DNA from: Vermamoeba vermiformis
Taxonomy: Eukaryota
Length of the DNA: 20,000 bases
Direction of reading: 5' to 3'
NCBI GenBank assembly: GCA_045837725.1
Contig: JBEWZL010000221.1
Location: 171,270 to 191,269, forward strand
Below, in pieces: positions 10,495-20,000 of the stretch (the stretch's first letter is position 1; each line of letters starts with the position of its first letter). The notes below the pieces were generated by a model. The model saw only the letters and a list, made by a program, of their open reading frames with translations. It did no database searches and was not told where the DNA came from. Both the position numbers and the translations under genes were made by a program.

Positions 10495-11542
10495 ATGAAA
10501 CAACACGTATTACTATTATTAACATTTATTATCGCCTTACAAGTCGGCACGATGATGGGCAAAGCGTACAAAGCTGTGATTATTGGCGCATCTGGTGAAG
10601 TCGGTGGTCACGTCTTAAAAGCACTTTTGAGCTCACCAAACTGCACTCATATCACTAGTATTGGCAGAAGAAAATTGGAATTTCCTGAAGATCAACAAGG
10701 CCTCGAGAAATTGAGCCAGCACGTAGTCGACATGGACAATCTGGAACAAGAAGTAAGTCAAATATTATCTCAATAATTTTAAAATAATTTTAGGAATATT
10801 TTGTTAATATTTTAAATTGTATTTGTAATATTTGAGTTGTCTGGAATTTTTCACTAAATTTTTCAAGGCGAAAGATCTCGTGAAGGACCACGAAGTCGCT
10901 TTCATTACTCTCGGAGTCGGTAGACCGTCGAAAGAAACAGAGGAATACTTGAAGAAAGTTGAAGTTGGATATAATACAGCTTTTGCAAAGGCGTGCAAGA
11001 ACGGAGGCACAAAACACATCTCTTTCTTGTCCTCGCCTGGAGTCAGCCACAGCTCTTGGATTCCTGTACTAAGAGTACGTATATAATACAAGCATTACGG
11101 ATACGATTACTAGGTTCCTATAGAAAATGTTCTGAGCATGTACGGAATCTGACTGCATCCGGTTTTATTAGGTCAAAGCTCAACTGTACGATAATCTCAA
11201 GGAGCTCAATTTCGCAAGAACGAGCTTTTTCTGCCCAACAGTAATCATGACACCTCAAGCGCGCTACGGATGGGTGGATTCGTTTTACATTAACTTGTGG
11301 AAGGGTCTGTCGCCTATTCTACCTAACAAATACAAAGGCGCAACATCAGAAAGCATCGGAAAATCAATGGTATTGAATGCTGAGTTGACTGAAGCAACTG
11401 GCGTCGAAGAATTGTATTGGACGGTAAGTAGTCCCTTTGATTCGCAAAAATTAGCTGCACGTTATTAATCTTATTGCCATTTTAGGACTTTAAAAGAATA
11501 TTGAGATTGAAAGATCCTAAAGCTGACCCCAGCAAGTGGTAA
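10495..11542 (+). CDS. NAD(P)-binding atypical SDR, HTATIP2/TIP30/CC3-like; 4 exons, ~257 aa
   Basis: Exons 10495-10752, 10868-11074, 11172-11423 and 11486-11542 total 774 nt. It has the Rossmann motif VIIGASGEVG plus SIGRRKL, AFITLG and FAKACKNGGTKHISFLSS, which are typical of the CC3-like SDR subgroup. The true start could be the downstream Met (MMGKAY). Confidence 0.85.
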
Positions 11543-11689
11543 AGCACTCAATGAAATTTTCATCGACCTAAGCTTTCGCGACAACTCATGTAAATATATC
11601 AAAGGTTATGATAAAGAGCTTTAAAATTACATTTAAATCTACCGAATTATAAAATACAACGGCACGTGGGTCAGCAAAAAAAAAAAGGT

Positions 11690-14600
11690 TTACTGCTGGG
11701 CTGATTCAGACACCGAACTCGTGGCGTCAGTGTCCGAAGAAGAGCCACCTGAGTCAGATGAAGACGAGCTCATTGAAGCCTCAATTGCCAACTTGCCAAA
11801 TGCAGTCTTAAGCACATCACGTGGCTTAGGGCGTTCACTGAAAACGATTGCATGAGATAAAATTTCGAAAGGTGAAAATTATATAAGGTACTTACAGCGC
11901 ACCAAAGCCGTTGCTCAACTTAGGGTTAGATTTCCAAGAATAGACACACTTTCCTTTTTTGGAAAAGACGAGGACAGCAGGCTGGGCCATACCGTTAACA
12001 TATCCGTGTCGCCTAATAAGCGGCAGTCAGCAAGGGTCGCTTAATAAATGAACGCAAAGGTACGTACTCTGAGACATTCAACATGAACTGATCAGCAATT
12101 GTATTTTCAGGCTCGCCAATCACAGGATAAGTCAAGCCCCACTTGTTAGCGGTCTTTGTGATGCTGCGTTGGTTTTCAGATGAAATTCCGACTAGCATGC
12201 CTCCCTTAGCAAGGATCTTCGTGAAGTACTTGTTCCAGTTTTGCATGTAGCGCTTCATGAAAAATTTTTAGATCCAAAAATTTACGCTACAAAATAAACG
12301 TGCCACTTACGTTGCAGAATGGGCACCACGAACCACGGAAGACCACTACAACGAGGAATCGGTGCTTTGAAATTTCATCGTTCAACCAATCAACGAGTCG
12401 CTCGTACTTCTCGGGAGATTTCGTCAAAAATCCAACGTTGGGAATGAGACTTGAATTAGCGCTTGACAAAGATCTGCTCGAGACGGAAGTCAATGAGCTA
12501 CTTGACACTCTGCTGTCTAGTGACGGTCGGTTCTCAACCGAAGATTCGATTTCCGAGTCTTCTTCTTCTGGGAAAGTACCAGGAGGTGCGAACGCTAGAC
12601 ATATAAATTAGCATTATTGCATATAAATTTTTTGTTGTACCTTTGAGAATGGCTTGTTGGATGTAATCAGTAACGCCCTCTTCGTCGCCGACATCCCCAG
12701 CACAACGAGTGCACATTTGTTGGGCTTCAGGCATCTCTTCGGCCTTCTGTTTGAATTTTCTCAAGACAGGAAGGTACTGCGATATGTTCTCGTTCAAACG
12801 ATCGATGATCTTAGGCGACATGTAGAGCACAAATCCGCCGACCATGAAGTAGTCTTTGTCGAGCATCACGTGATCAGGGTTCAATGACTTTGTTATTCTC
12901 TTTTGCGAGATGCGTTTTGTGACCAACGTGCTCTTTTTCTAAACTATCGCATTGTTAGTTACTTCAATACTTGATCACATGTTAGTAACTTACCGAAATA
13001 GTGTCGAGGAGCGTATTAATCTTAGTGGCATTTTCTTTGCAGAAATCTTGCAAAGCTGGCTCTGCGACAGGTTTGCCTAAGGCGACGCTCTCAAGCAACA
13101 GCGATAAGCGAGACAAGTTGTAACGAGCAGCAGGTGAGATGGGCTCTGTTTATATCACGTTGTTAGGATTGGTCGTGAAATTTCACGTGCACAAAGAGGA
13201 CGTACCTTTTGTTAAACCAGCCGCGTCAGGAGCGGCTATAGCGCGGCAATAGAACTTCTCGAACATAATTGCTGCAATACCCTTAGTCTTAATCACGTCT
13301 TCATGAGCAAAAGAGAAGGTCGATTTCATCTTGGCATCGATGCGTTGCAACAAGGCGACCATTTGAGTCGGGATCGAGTTCTTATTGTCAATAATTCCGT
13401 TGATCATCTTCGTGGCAAACTTGATTAGTTGCTTGGCATTCTTGGCGCTTTCATTTTCTTCTTTAGTTCGCTTCTTATTGCTGACCATGCTCGACACTTG
13501 GAGCTCCTTGTCGTACTTCAGAACATCAGCGATGACGTCACCGAACATTTTTTTCATGTGAGACGAGCAAGTCAAGCATAAGTATCGCACGATGATTTGC
13601 GTAGTGATTCTAGTGTCGTAGAATAAGAGCTCGAAAGATGGGAAATCATCTTTCATGATGAAGCCCCAGTTGTCTTTGAAGTTTTGCTTCACTGAATCTA
13701 ATGACAAAGCCGATATTAGTTATGCTTACTCTAGTTAGAATGATTAGTACCTGATGACGTGAACTCAAGGTCAACAGCCCAGTTGAGCAGATCCGCCAAT
13801 CGACCCTCGTCATTGAACACACGTAACAAACTGTCAATAAGCGCGACATCGACACGTGCTCCGTAGCTGCTTTGAAACAGAACGTTCATGAAATTCTTGT
13901 CAGAAGTGAGGGTATTGAGCATTTCCTGGCCGACCACGTTTTCGGTGATTTGTTGATACTTAACACTCTGTAATAAACGTCAGATCCGGTCGCCAAAAAT
14001 AAACGAAAATTAACTAAGTCTTACCTTTTTGACTCGCTTGGAGAGCTTCTTGTAGAGTCTATTATTAGGCTTCCAATGGCAACATCAATTTGCCCGCCTT
14101 CTTGTTCTTTGTCAGTGTTGAAGTATGAAACAAAGAACTCGCCCTCAGGGGTCATTAAAAATCGATGTTTTTTGCCAGGAAAAGTCTTTGATTTTAACGG
14201 CACGAAGCGCTCGTCCAAAGAAATGTCCCATACGTTGATTTCTATAAATAGACATATTGAGTTACCTTATTGCTAATCCATATCGGATGACTTACTGTTT
14301 TTAACCAAAACTAGTAAAAATCCATTCCTGAAGCAAATCCAGTTCACACGGGCTTCCATTAACTCCTTGAAATTCTTCTTTGAGGCGCCCATTGAAGAGG
14401 CATTATGGAAAGATTGTCCCTTCATATGGTTAGGCATGTAGTAGAAGTCTACTAAGCCCTTTACGTTGCCAGTAACAAGCGTGTTTTCGTAGATCTTCAT
14501 AGCGGAGATTGCAAATTCGGTTGATACTTCATAGTCGCGAGCTGGTTGGGAAAAACGGTTAGCCTCAACTGCGCCCAAAATATTGCGAGAGAAATTTTAG

Positions 14601-15533
14601 GTAAATTTCATATTTAACAATTTCCAAAAACGGAAAATCACGTATTTTTAGATTAATTGATTTTAACTTACTCTCATCCGCAATATTCCAGATATAAAGC
14701 TTCTCAGATGTAGCTGCGGCGATAAACTTTTCGTCTTGCTCGATCATAGTGATTTTGAAGTAATTTTTGAGTATTCTTCGGAAGATCAATTTGCCGCTTT
14801 CTGTGTCGAACACCAAAACCGACAAGCCATCACTAAATAACAATCGGCTGTTATTAATAGATGACAGTTTATGGTCGAATTGTTCGGTGGTAGCGACTTC
14901 TTCACCTTCTAATTGCACGGGCTTGGATTTGGCCGCTTGAAAACCTTTTAAAGTCAAAAGCATTAGTATCCATTGCTCAAGGAGAGAAGCAACGATATTT
15001 TAAAATATGATTGAGCAATAAAGCTTACTTTGTGACATTTCTTCTATGGATCCCTTTTGGTCTAGATGCGGTTTGTTAGCCAATGCTTTTCTTGTCCTAT
15101 TTTGTTACATACCTTGCCATTTAATATTCAGAAGCGAGCCACCTGTTAGTACGCAGAATAAGGATTCTTCTGAAGCCAATGTAACGGCGATCTTCAGATC
15201 TTTTTCTTGCGAGGTTGAAAATTTCTTCTTTGACTCCACATTGTAAATTTGAAGCTCTTGGTATTGAGCCGTCCTTTGGTGCACGGAGGCAATGAAGGGA
15301 TAGGAAAATTGGAATGATACTGTTGGGTTTTGATTCTTTACCGTGATCTCGTTCTTGCGTGCCAGATCCGAGAAGATGTAGTCGCCGGTATTATTAAATG
15401 CGGTGACCACATAGACGTCTTCTTGAGTAGCAATATCATTCTTGCTTATGAGGCTATAGGCTTGACGGCCATAGTATTTTTCTTTCAAGAAACTAGGACT
15501 GATGTCGCCTGCTATAGCAATCGTAGTAGCCAT
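11690..15533 (-). CDS. Multidomain protein: WD40-like beta-propeller region + degenerate RasGAP domain + Ser-rich linker + AhpC/TSA (peroxiredoxin-like) CxxC domain; 13 exons, ~1035 aa
   Basis: Exons 15533-15113, 15061-15029, 14944-14672, 14568-14296, 14241-14025, 13967-13751, 13697-13206, 13145-12994, 12938-12641, 12594-12311, 12252-12068, 12012-11896 and 11837-11690. All junction phases match except exon 5/6 (see findings). WD-like strands: LYIWNI, LVTGNVKGLVDFY, INVWDIS. RasGAP-like: LLNWAVDLEF, LLFYDTRITTQIIVRY, IMFEKFYCRAIAAPDAAGL, ARYNLSRLSLLLESVA, INTLLDTIS. Redoxin: VVVVFRGSWCPFC, LVGISSE, YPVIGEPENTIA, QPAVLVFSKKGKCVYSW, ERPKP. Confidence 0.8.
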
Positions 15534-15678
15534 TTGTGTTGTTCTATTAATCTATTTAATTGTAAATAATTGTCCGAGATTTCAGATTTGTTTTTGGATG
15601 GCAAAGTTGTAAACTTAGTTAATTTACCATAAAAGGATATTTTTATGACGAAATTAAATCAGATCAGAACTTACTTTT

Positions 15679-17372
15679 TCAATGCCAGTCAAAATGATGC
15701 TTGATCCGATCGAACCTCTGGCCGTTCAGATCGTGTTGATGAATAGTAACTTCCATTAAGCCGTTGTCACCAAACATCCAATCCTGATCCGTCTCCACTT
15801 CCATAAGCAGCCGATCTTGACATTGGTGCGGGTAATCACGTGAGCAAACGATATGATCGCTATGGTAGCTATTATACACTCGCTCTTGTTCGTTGTTGGC
15901 AGACGGAGCGCAACTCCGAAGGTTCATCTCGTCGCAGTACTTCGCCAGACAGGCCTCGTATGTCCTTTGAAATGGCGTGCTCAATCCTAACAGCGCATGC
16001 TTGCCATACTTCTTGCGTAGAAAATTCGTGATCGTAGTGAGAGCGAGGTCTTCGTCGTCCGTCAAATCAAACAGCGGCAAGTTGTGCGAGTACTTCCCGA
16101 TCGTGAGGATCTGCGTGAACTCCGCGCGACAAGACTTGTAGATGTGTCGCGCCTTCTCGGAATTTGGGCCCACAGGTCTCGTTCTGATTAAATTTTCGTT
16201 TGTGTTAGACGCGTAGAAGTGAAGTTTAGCGTTGCTGTGAAGGTTCTTGTGGTCACTGTTAACGAGCACGTAAAATATTCCGCGCTTTGGCAATAATCGC
16301 CTAATATGGAAATCATCGGGAATATCTTCAAGATTCAATTGAAATAGCAGCTGCGGGATTTCTAAGCCCTTTTCCGTTTTGAAGTTCGGCACCCAACTCT
16401 CGGGCAGATCGGGACATCCTCCGAACTTGCTTCGTCCTACAGGTATGTTGTCTTCATTAGGCTCGGGGACTGTATTAATTCGCACCTGCCAGTACATTTG
16501 ATAGGCTGCTTTATATAGAGCTCGGTCGTTCTTCAGAAACGGCTCGTAGACTTGCATCCGTAACTCGTTCTTGTGATCTTCAAGCAGCTTCTTTAAGTAC
16601 TCTCCTTTATCTCTGACCTCTAATAATATGTTAGTACTGTTTTAACAAATGTTTGCAATTGATTAGCGAGAACGGATCTCGCGATCAAGCGCAGTTGGAG
16701 ATATCATCGTACGTACCTCTTATTTTCGATATCCACTTGCGCCACGAGATATTTCCTAATTTAGGCACAACATCTTCTTTCGTAATTTTAATTGCGTTTG
16801 CGGGATCGAATGACAGTTTGGCACGTCGCAGTTTTCCGCACCAGCGGTCCCATAGAGCTTGGTTGTGGCTATTGACGATATCAATCCACAGCTGGAAGTG
16901 CGGGGAAGAGCTCAATTCCTATGTGATTCAAGTTGTTAGCTGCAGATTCAAATTTTATGATTAAATCCGTTACCTCGTGCAACGTGAACCATTCAGCCAA
17001 TGCAACACTTTGCCATTGCTTACAAACGTGAAGTAAATATTTTGCATCAACGAGCGAGAATATATAACGCTGAATCTCGGCTGGTAAGGAGCGCCAACAT
17101 TTGGAACGGATGGCGCTATTTAATTTTGCAATTTTAGAATTAATATTCGCGCTATAATTTTTTGTGTCAATGCTGTCTAATATATTTTGTGCTTGGCTAA
17201 TATTCCCTTGATTTATAAGCGCTAATGATTTTTGTAAGATGGCGTAGATGTTGCCAGGATTTGCTAACAGAATTTGATCTACGAGCTTAAGCGCCAGACT
17301 CGTATTATTGGCATCAATTAATGTTGCAACATGGTGCAATTGCTTCTTCAGCGCCTCAGATGAGATGTCCAT
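15679..17372 (-). CDS. TPR-like + F-box + DUF1963 (YwqG-like) protein; 3 exons, ~513 aa
   Basis: Exons 17372-16974, 16918-16717 and 16619-15679 total 1542 nt, in frame. TPR-like helices: ALKLVDQILLANPGNIYAILQKSLALINQGNISQA. F-box: SLPAEIQRYIFSLV..LLHVCKQWQSVA. DUF1963 motifs: SKFGGCPDLP, LLFQLNLEDIP, LPKRGIFY, HALLG, WMFGDNGLMEVTIHQHDLNGQRFD. Confidence 0.85.
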
Positions 17373-17613
17373 CTGTCAATTCGCAACGGTAACTTGAAGT
17401 AATTATTACTTTAAGGCTGGTCTGCGCACGTAACTTTGTAGTACTGAACTAACATCCGTGTATTCATCAACACAACTTTGAACGAAAAGGCAAAACCGAA
17501 AAATTCTGGATGCCAAAAAGCGAAAAATCGAAAGCGGAGCGTTCGGTACAAAAAAGATTCTTCTTACTTCAAATCACATCGCCACGAACAACAAAACACA
17601 GTGCAATCTTCAA

Positions 17614-18793
17614 ATGAAAGCAGTCTTGGTATTGCTTTTCGCTACCAGCGCGATGGCCGACAATACCCGGAGTTACGAACCTCCAGTGACCTCTATCATA
17701 TTTAGTAAGCTCCTTAACACGATAGCCTTCTTGTATGACATATTAATAAGTATTTCAGCGATCATTTTTGGCACCGTTTCGGTTCTTAACGTGATCTGGC
17801 TTGTAAAGCTCAGGCGACGAAAAATTGACACTGCTCCTCTAAATATTGAGAAGTAAGTAATTAACTATCAAAAAAATTTAAATGACGAAAAGAAAGAAAT
17901 TTGAGCGGATCTTATTCGCGCATACGACTAAAAATGAGGATTAATCTAGATTTTTAGGCAAACGTTAGTAAATTCAACACTTCCCGAGGGAGTAGTTGCG
18001 AGCAACATCAATGTTTCCGATAAGAGTCGTCCTAGCTTGTTACGCGAAGTTCGTCAGGATGAGCAGCTCGCTTGGGCTCACGAAAGGCCTGCTCCAAGTA
18101 AGTACTATACAATTACTAAACATATATAATATTCATTATGCTGATGTAACTAATTTCTTCAGTGATGCAAAACCTTACCGTCTTTTTGATCTTGGCTACT
18201 TTCTTGTCCGTCGGTACATTCGCTGTTGCCTTGTCATTTTCTTTTGTGCAAGGTTATATCGACATTGTTTTCTTAACTTTGTACTGTCCTATAGCTTTCA
18301 TTGTGTAAGTTGAAATGTTTCCAAATCTGGATTTCGCGAATCCAGTACTTACTTTTTTTTTAGTGGCATTTTCGATCTCACAACCTTTCTTGTCTCCAAA
18401 CAAGTGAGCTCCTCTGTGATCTACGCAGTCACTAGCAAACGAGTTTTCATTTTTTCATCGGTGAGATCTGGTGGTTGCTGCGGCGGAAAGATCGAGACAG
18501 TGCGTGCTTATGACCTCGATGGCATTCATCAAACTACAATCACTCGAAAGGATGACGGTAGTGGTACTTTGACTTTCAGCGCTAGTGCTGTTGATGAGGG
18601 TACGTTGTCAAATGATCTGCTTGCGATCCAAAAAATTTCCGCTAACTTACAATGAATGATAGATTTCAACCACCATGACCACCACAATTACGGCTTGTCC
18701 TTCGCCTTCACTGACATCCCCAATGTTACCGCGGTCAAGGATCTGATCGAGCAGTACAAAAGTCTCAGAAAGAAACAAGCTGTTAACCATTAA
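17614..18793 (+). CDS. Membrane protein with a bacterial PH-like (YdbS/YdbT-type, membrane-flanked) domain, copy A; 6 exons, ~277 aa
   Basis: Exons 17614-17704, 17759-17852, 17958-18097, 18163-18304, 18364-18599 and 18663-18793 total 834 nt. Order of motifs: signal peptide MKAVLVLLFATSAMA, a TM followed by KLRRRK, EQLAWAHERP, a TM hairpin, then YAVTSKRVFI, DGSGTLTF and FTDIPNVTAVKDLI, which match the bacterial PH pattern. Confidence 0.75.
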
Positions 18794-18993
18794 CAAACTT
18801 AAGTAGTAGTCAGTTGTACGGTATAATATATGCTGTTAATTATTCGTGTTCAATTCTCGTGTAATTTCTGGATGCCAAAAACGCGAAAAATCGAAAGCGG
18901 AGCGTTCGGTACAAAAAGTAAAGAAAGGATTCTTCTTACTTCAAAAACATCATATCATTGCCACGAACAACAATGGTCGCACTTAATTTTCAA

Positions 18994-20000
18994 ATGAAAG
19001 CAGTCTTGGTATTGCTTTTCGCTACCAGCGCGATGGCCAACCATACCCGTGGTTATGATCCTCCAGTGACCTCTATCATATTTAGTAAGCTCCGTAACAC
19101 GATAGCCTTCTTGTATGACATATTAATAAGTATTTCAGCGATCATTTTTGGAACAGTTTCGGTTCTTCATGTGATCTGGCTTGTAAAGCTCAGGCGACGA
19201 AAAATTGATACTACTCCTTTAAATATTGAGAAGTAAGTAAATTAAAATACTGTCAAAAAAAATTAAATGACGAAAAGAAAGAAATTTGAGCGGATCTTAT
19301 TCGCGCATACGACTAAAAATGAGGATTAATCTAGATTTTTAGGCAAACGTTAGTAAATTCAACACTTCCCGAGGGAGTAGTTGCGAGCAACATCAATGTT
19401 TCCGATAAGAGTCGTCCCAGCTTGTTACGCGAAGTTCGTCAGGATGAGCAGCTCGCTTGGGCTCACGAGAGACCTGCTCCAAGTAAGTACTATATAATAC
19501 TAAACGTAGATAATATTCGTTATGCTGATGTAACTAATTTCTTTAGCGATGCCAAGCGTTATCGTCTTTTTGATCCTTGCTACTATCTTGTCCGTCAGTA
19601 CATTCGCTGTTGCCTTGTCATTTTCTTTTGTTATGCAAGGTTATATCGACATTGTTTTCTTAGCTTTGTACTGTCCCACAGCTTTCCTTGTGTAAGTTGA
19701 AATTCATTTCCAAATCTGGATTTCGCGAATCCTTACTTTTTTTTTTTAGTGGCATGTTCGATCTCACCGCCTTTATTGTCTCCAAACAAATGGGCTACTC
19801 TGTGATCTACGCAGTCACTAGCAAACGAGTTTTCATTTTTTCGTCGATGAGAGCTGGTGGTTGCTGCGGCGGAAAGATCGAGACAGTGCGTGCTTATGAC
19901 CTCGATGGCATTCATCAAACTACACTCACTCGAAAGGATGACGGTAGTGGTACTTTGACTTTCAGTGCTGCTGCTATTGCTGACGGAGGTTCGTACCAAA
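18994..20000 (+). CDS. Tandem paralog (copy B) of the bacterial-PH-like membrane protein, truncated by the window end
   Basis: Exons 18994-19084, 19139-19232, 19343-19482, 19547-19691 and 19750-19988 have the same structure and phases as copy A, with an intact frame. The last exon lies outside the window. Confidence 0.75.

Larger units (their letters stand above)
17504..20000 (+). repeat. Direct tandem segmental duplication, unit ~1.36 kb (17504-18865 and 18866 to beyond 20000)
   Basis: Both units begin TTCTGGATGCCAAAAA..GCGAAAAATCGAAAGCGGAGCGTTCGGTACAAAAA and share the upstream region, exons and introns. They include an identical ~150-bp stretch (about 17880-18032 vs 19265-19417). Confidence 0.95.

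Noticed and set aside
10195-10506. 103-aa minus-strand ORF in the divergent intergenic region
   Set aside because: It has a non-ATG start and AT-rich low-information composition, and it overlaps the presumed bidirectional promoter and the SDR start.
17996-18313. 105-aa ORF (and the 92-aa ORF at 19422-19700) as separate small genes
   Set aside because: They read across introns, and largely or partly out of frame with the spliced membrane-protein genes. The 80-aa and 92-aa ORFs at 17614 and 18958 are likewise exons 1-2 with a retained 54-nt intron.

Overview
Compact, intron-rich eukaryotic genomic DNA, most likely a protist. An amoebozoan origin is my inference from the kinase type. It uses the standard code and has mostly 47-75 nt GT-AG introns with GTAAGT/GTACGT donors and CTAAY branch points, so the ORF track shows only exon fragments. 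Manual splicing gives seven genes: (1) a 35-exon, ~1568-aa LRR receptor kinase whose ~37 LRRs sit on symmetric phase-2 exon cassettes, joined to an Entamoeba-TMK-like cytoplasmic module; (2) a ~813-aa 2OG-Fe(II) oxygenase with an N-terminal NLS-like segment; (3) an HTATIP2/TIP30-like atypical SDR; (4) a 13-exon ~1035-aa fusion of a WD40-like region, a degenerate RasGAP and a CxxC peroxiredoxin-like domain, with one frame discontinuity; (5) a TPR-like/F-box/DUF1963 protein; (6-7) a recent ~1.36-kb tandem duplication of a membrane protein with a bacterial-PH-like domain. No rRNA, tRNA, CRISPR or transposon was recognised. All domain calls come from motif recognition by eye, not from database searches.
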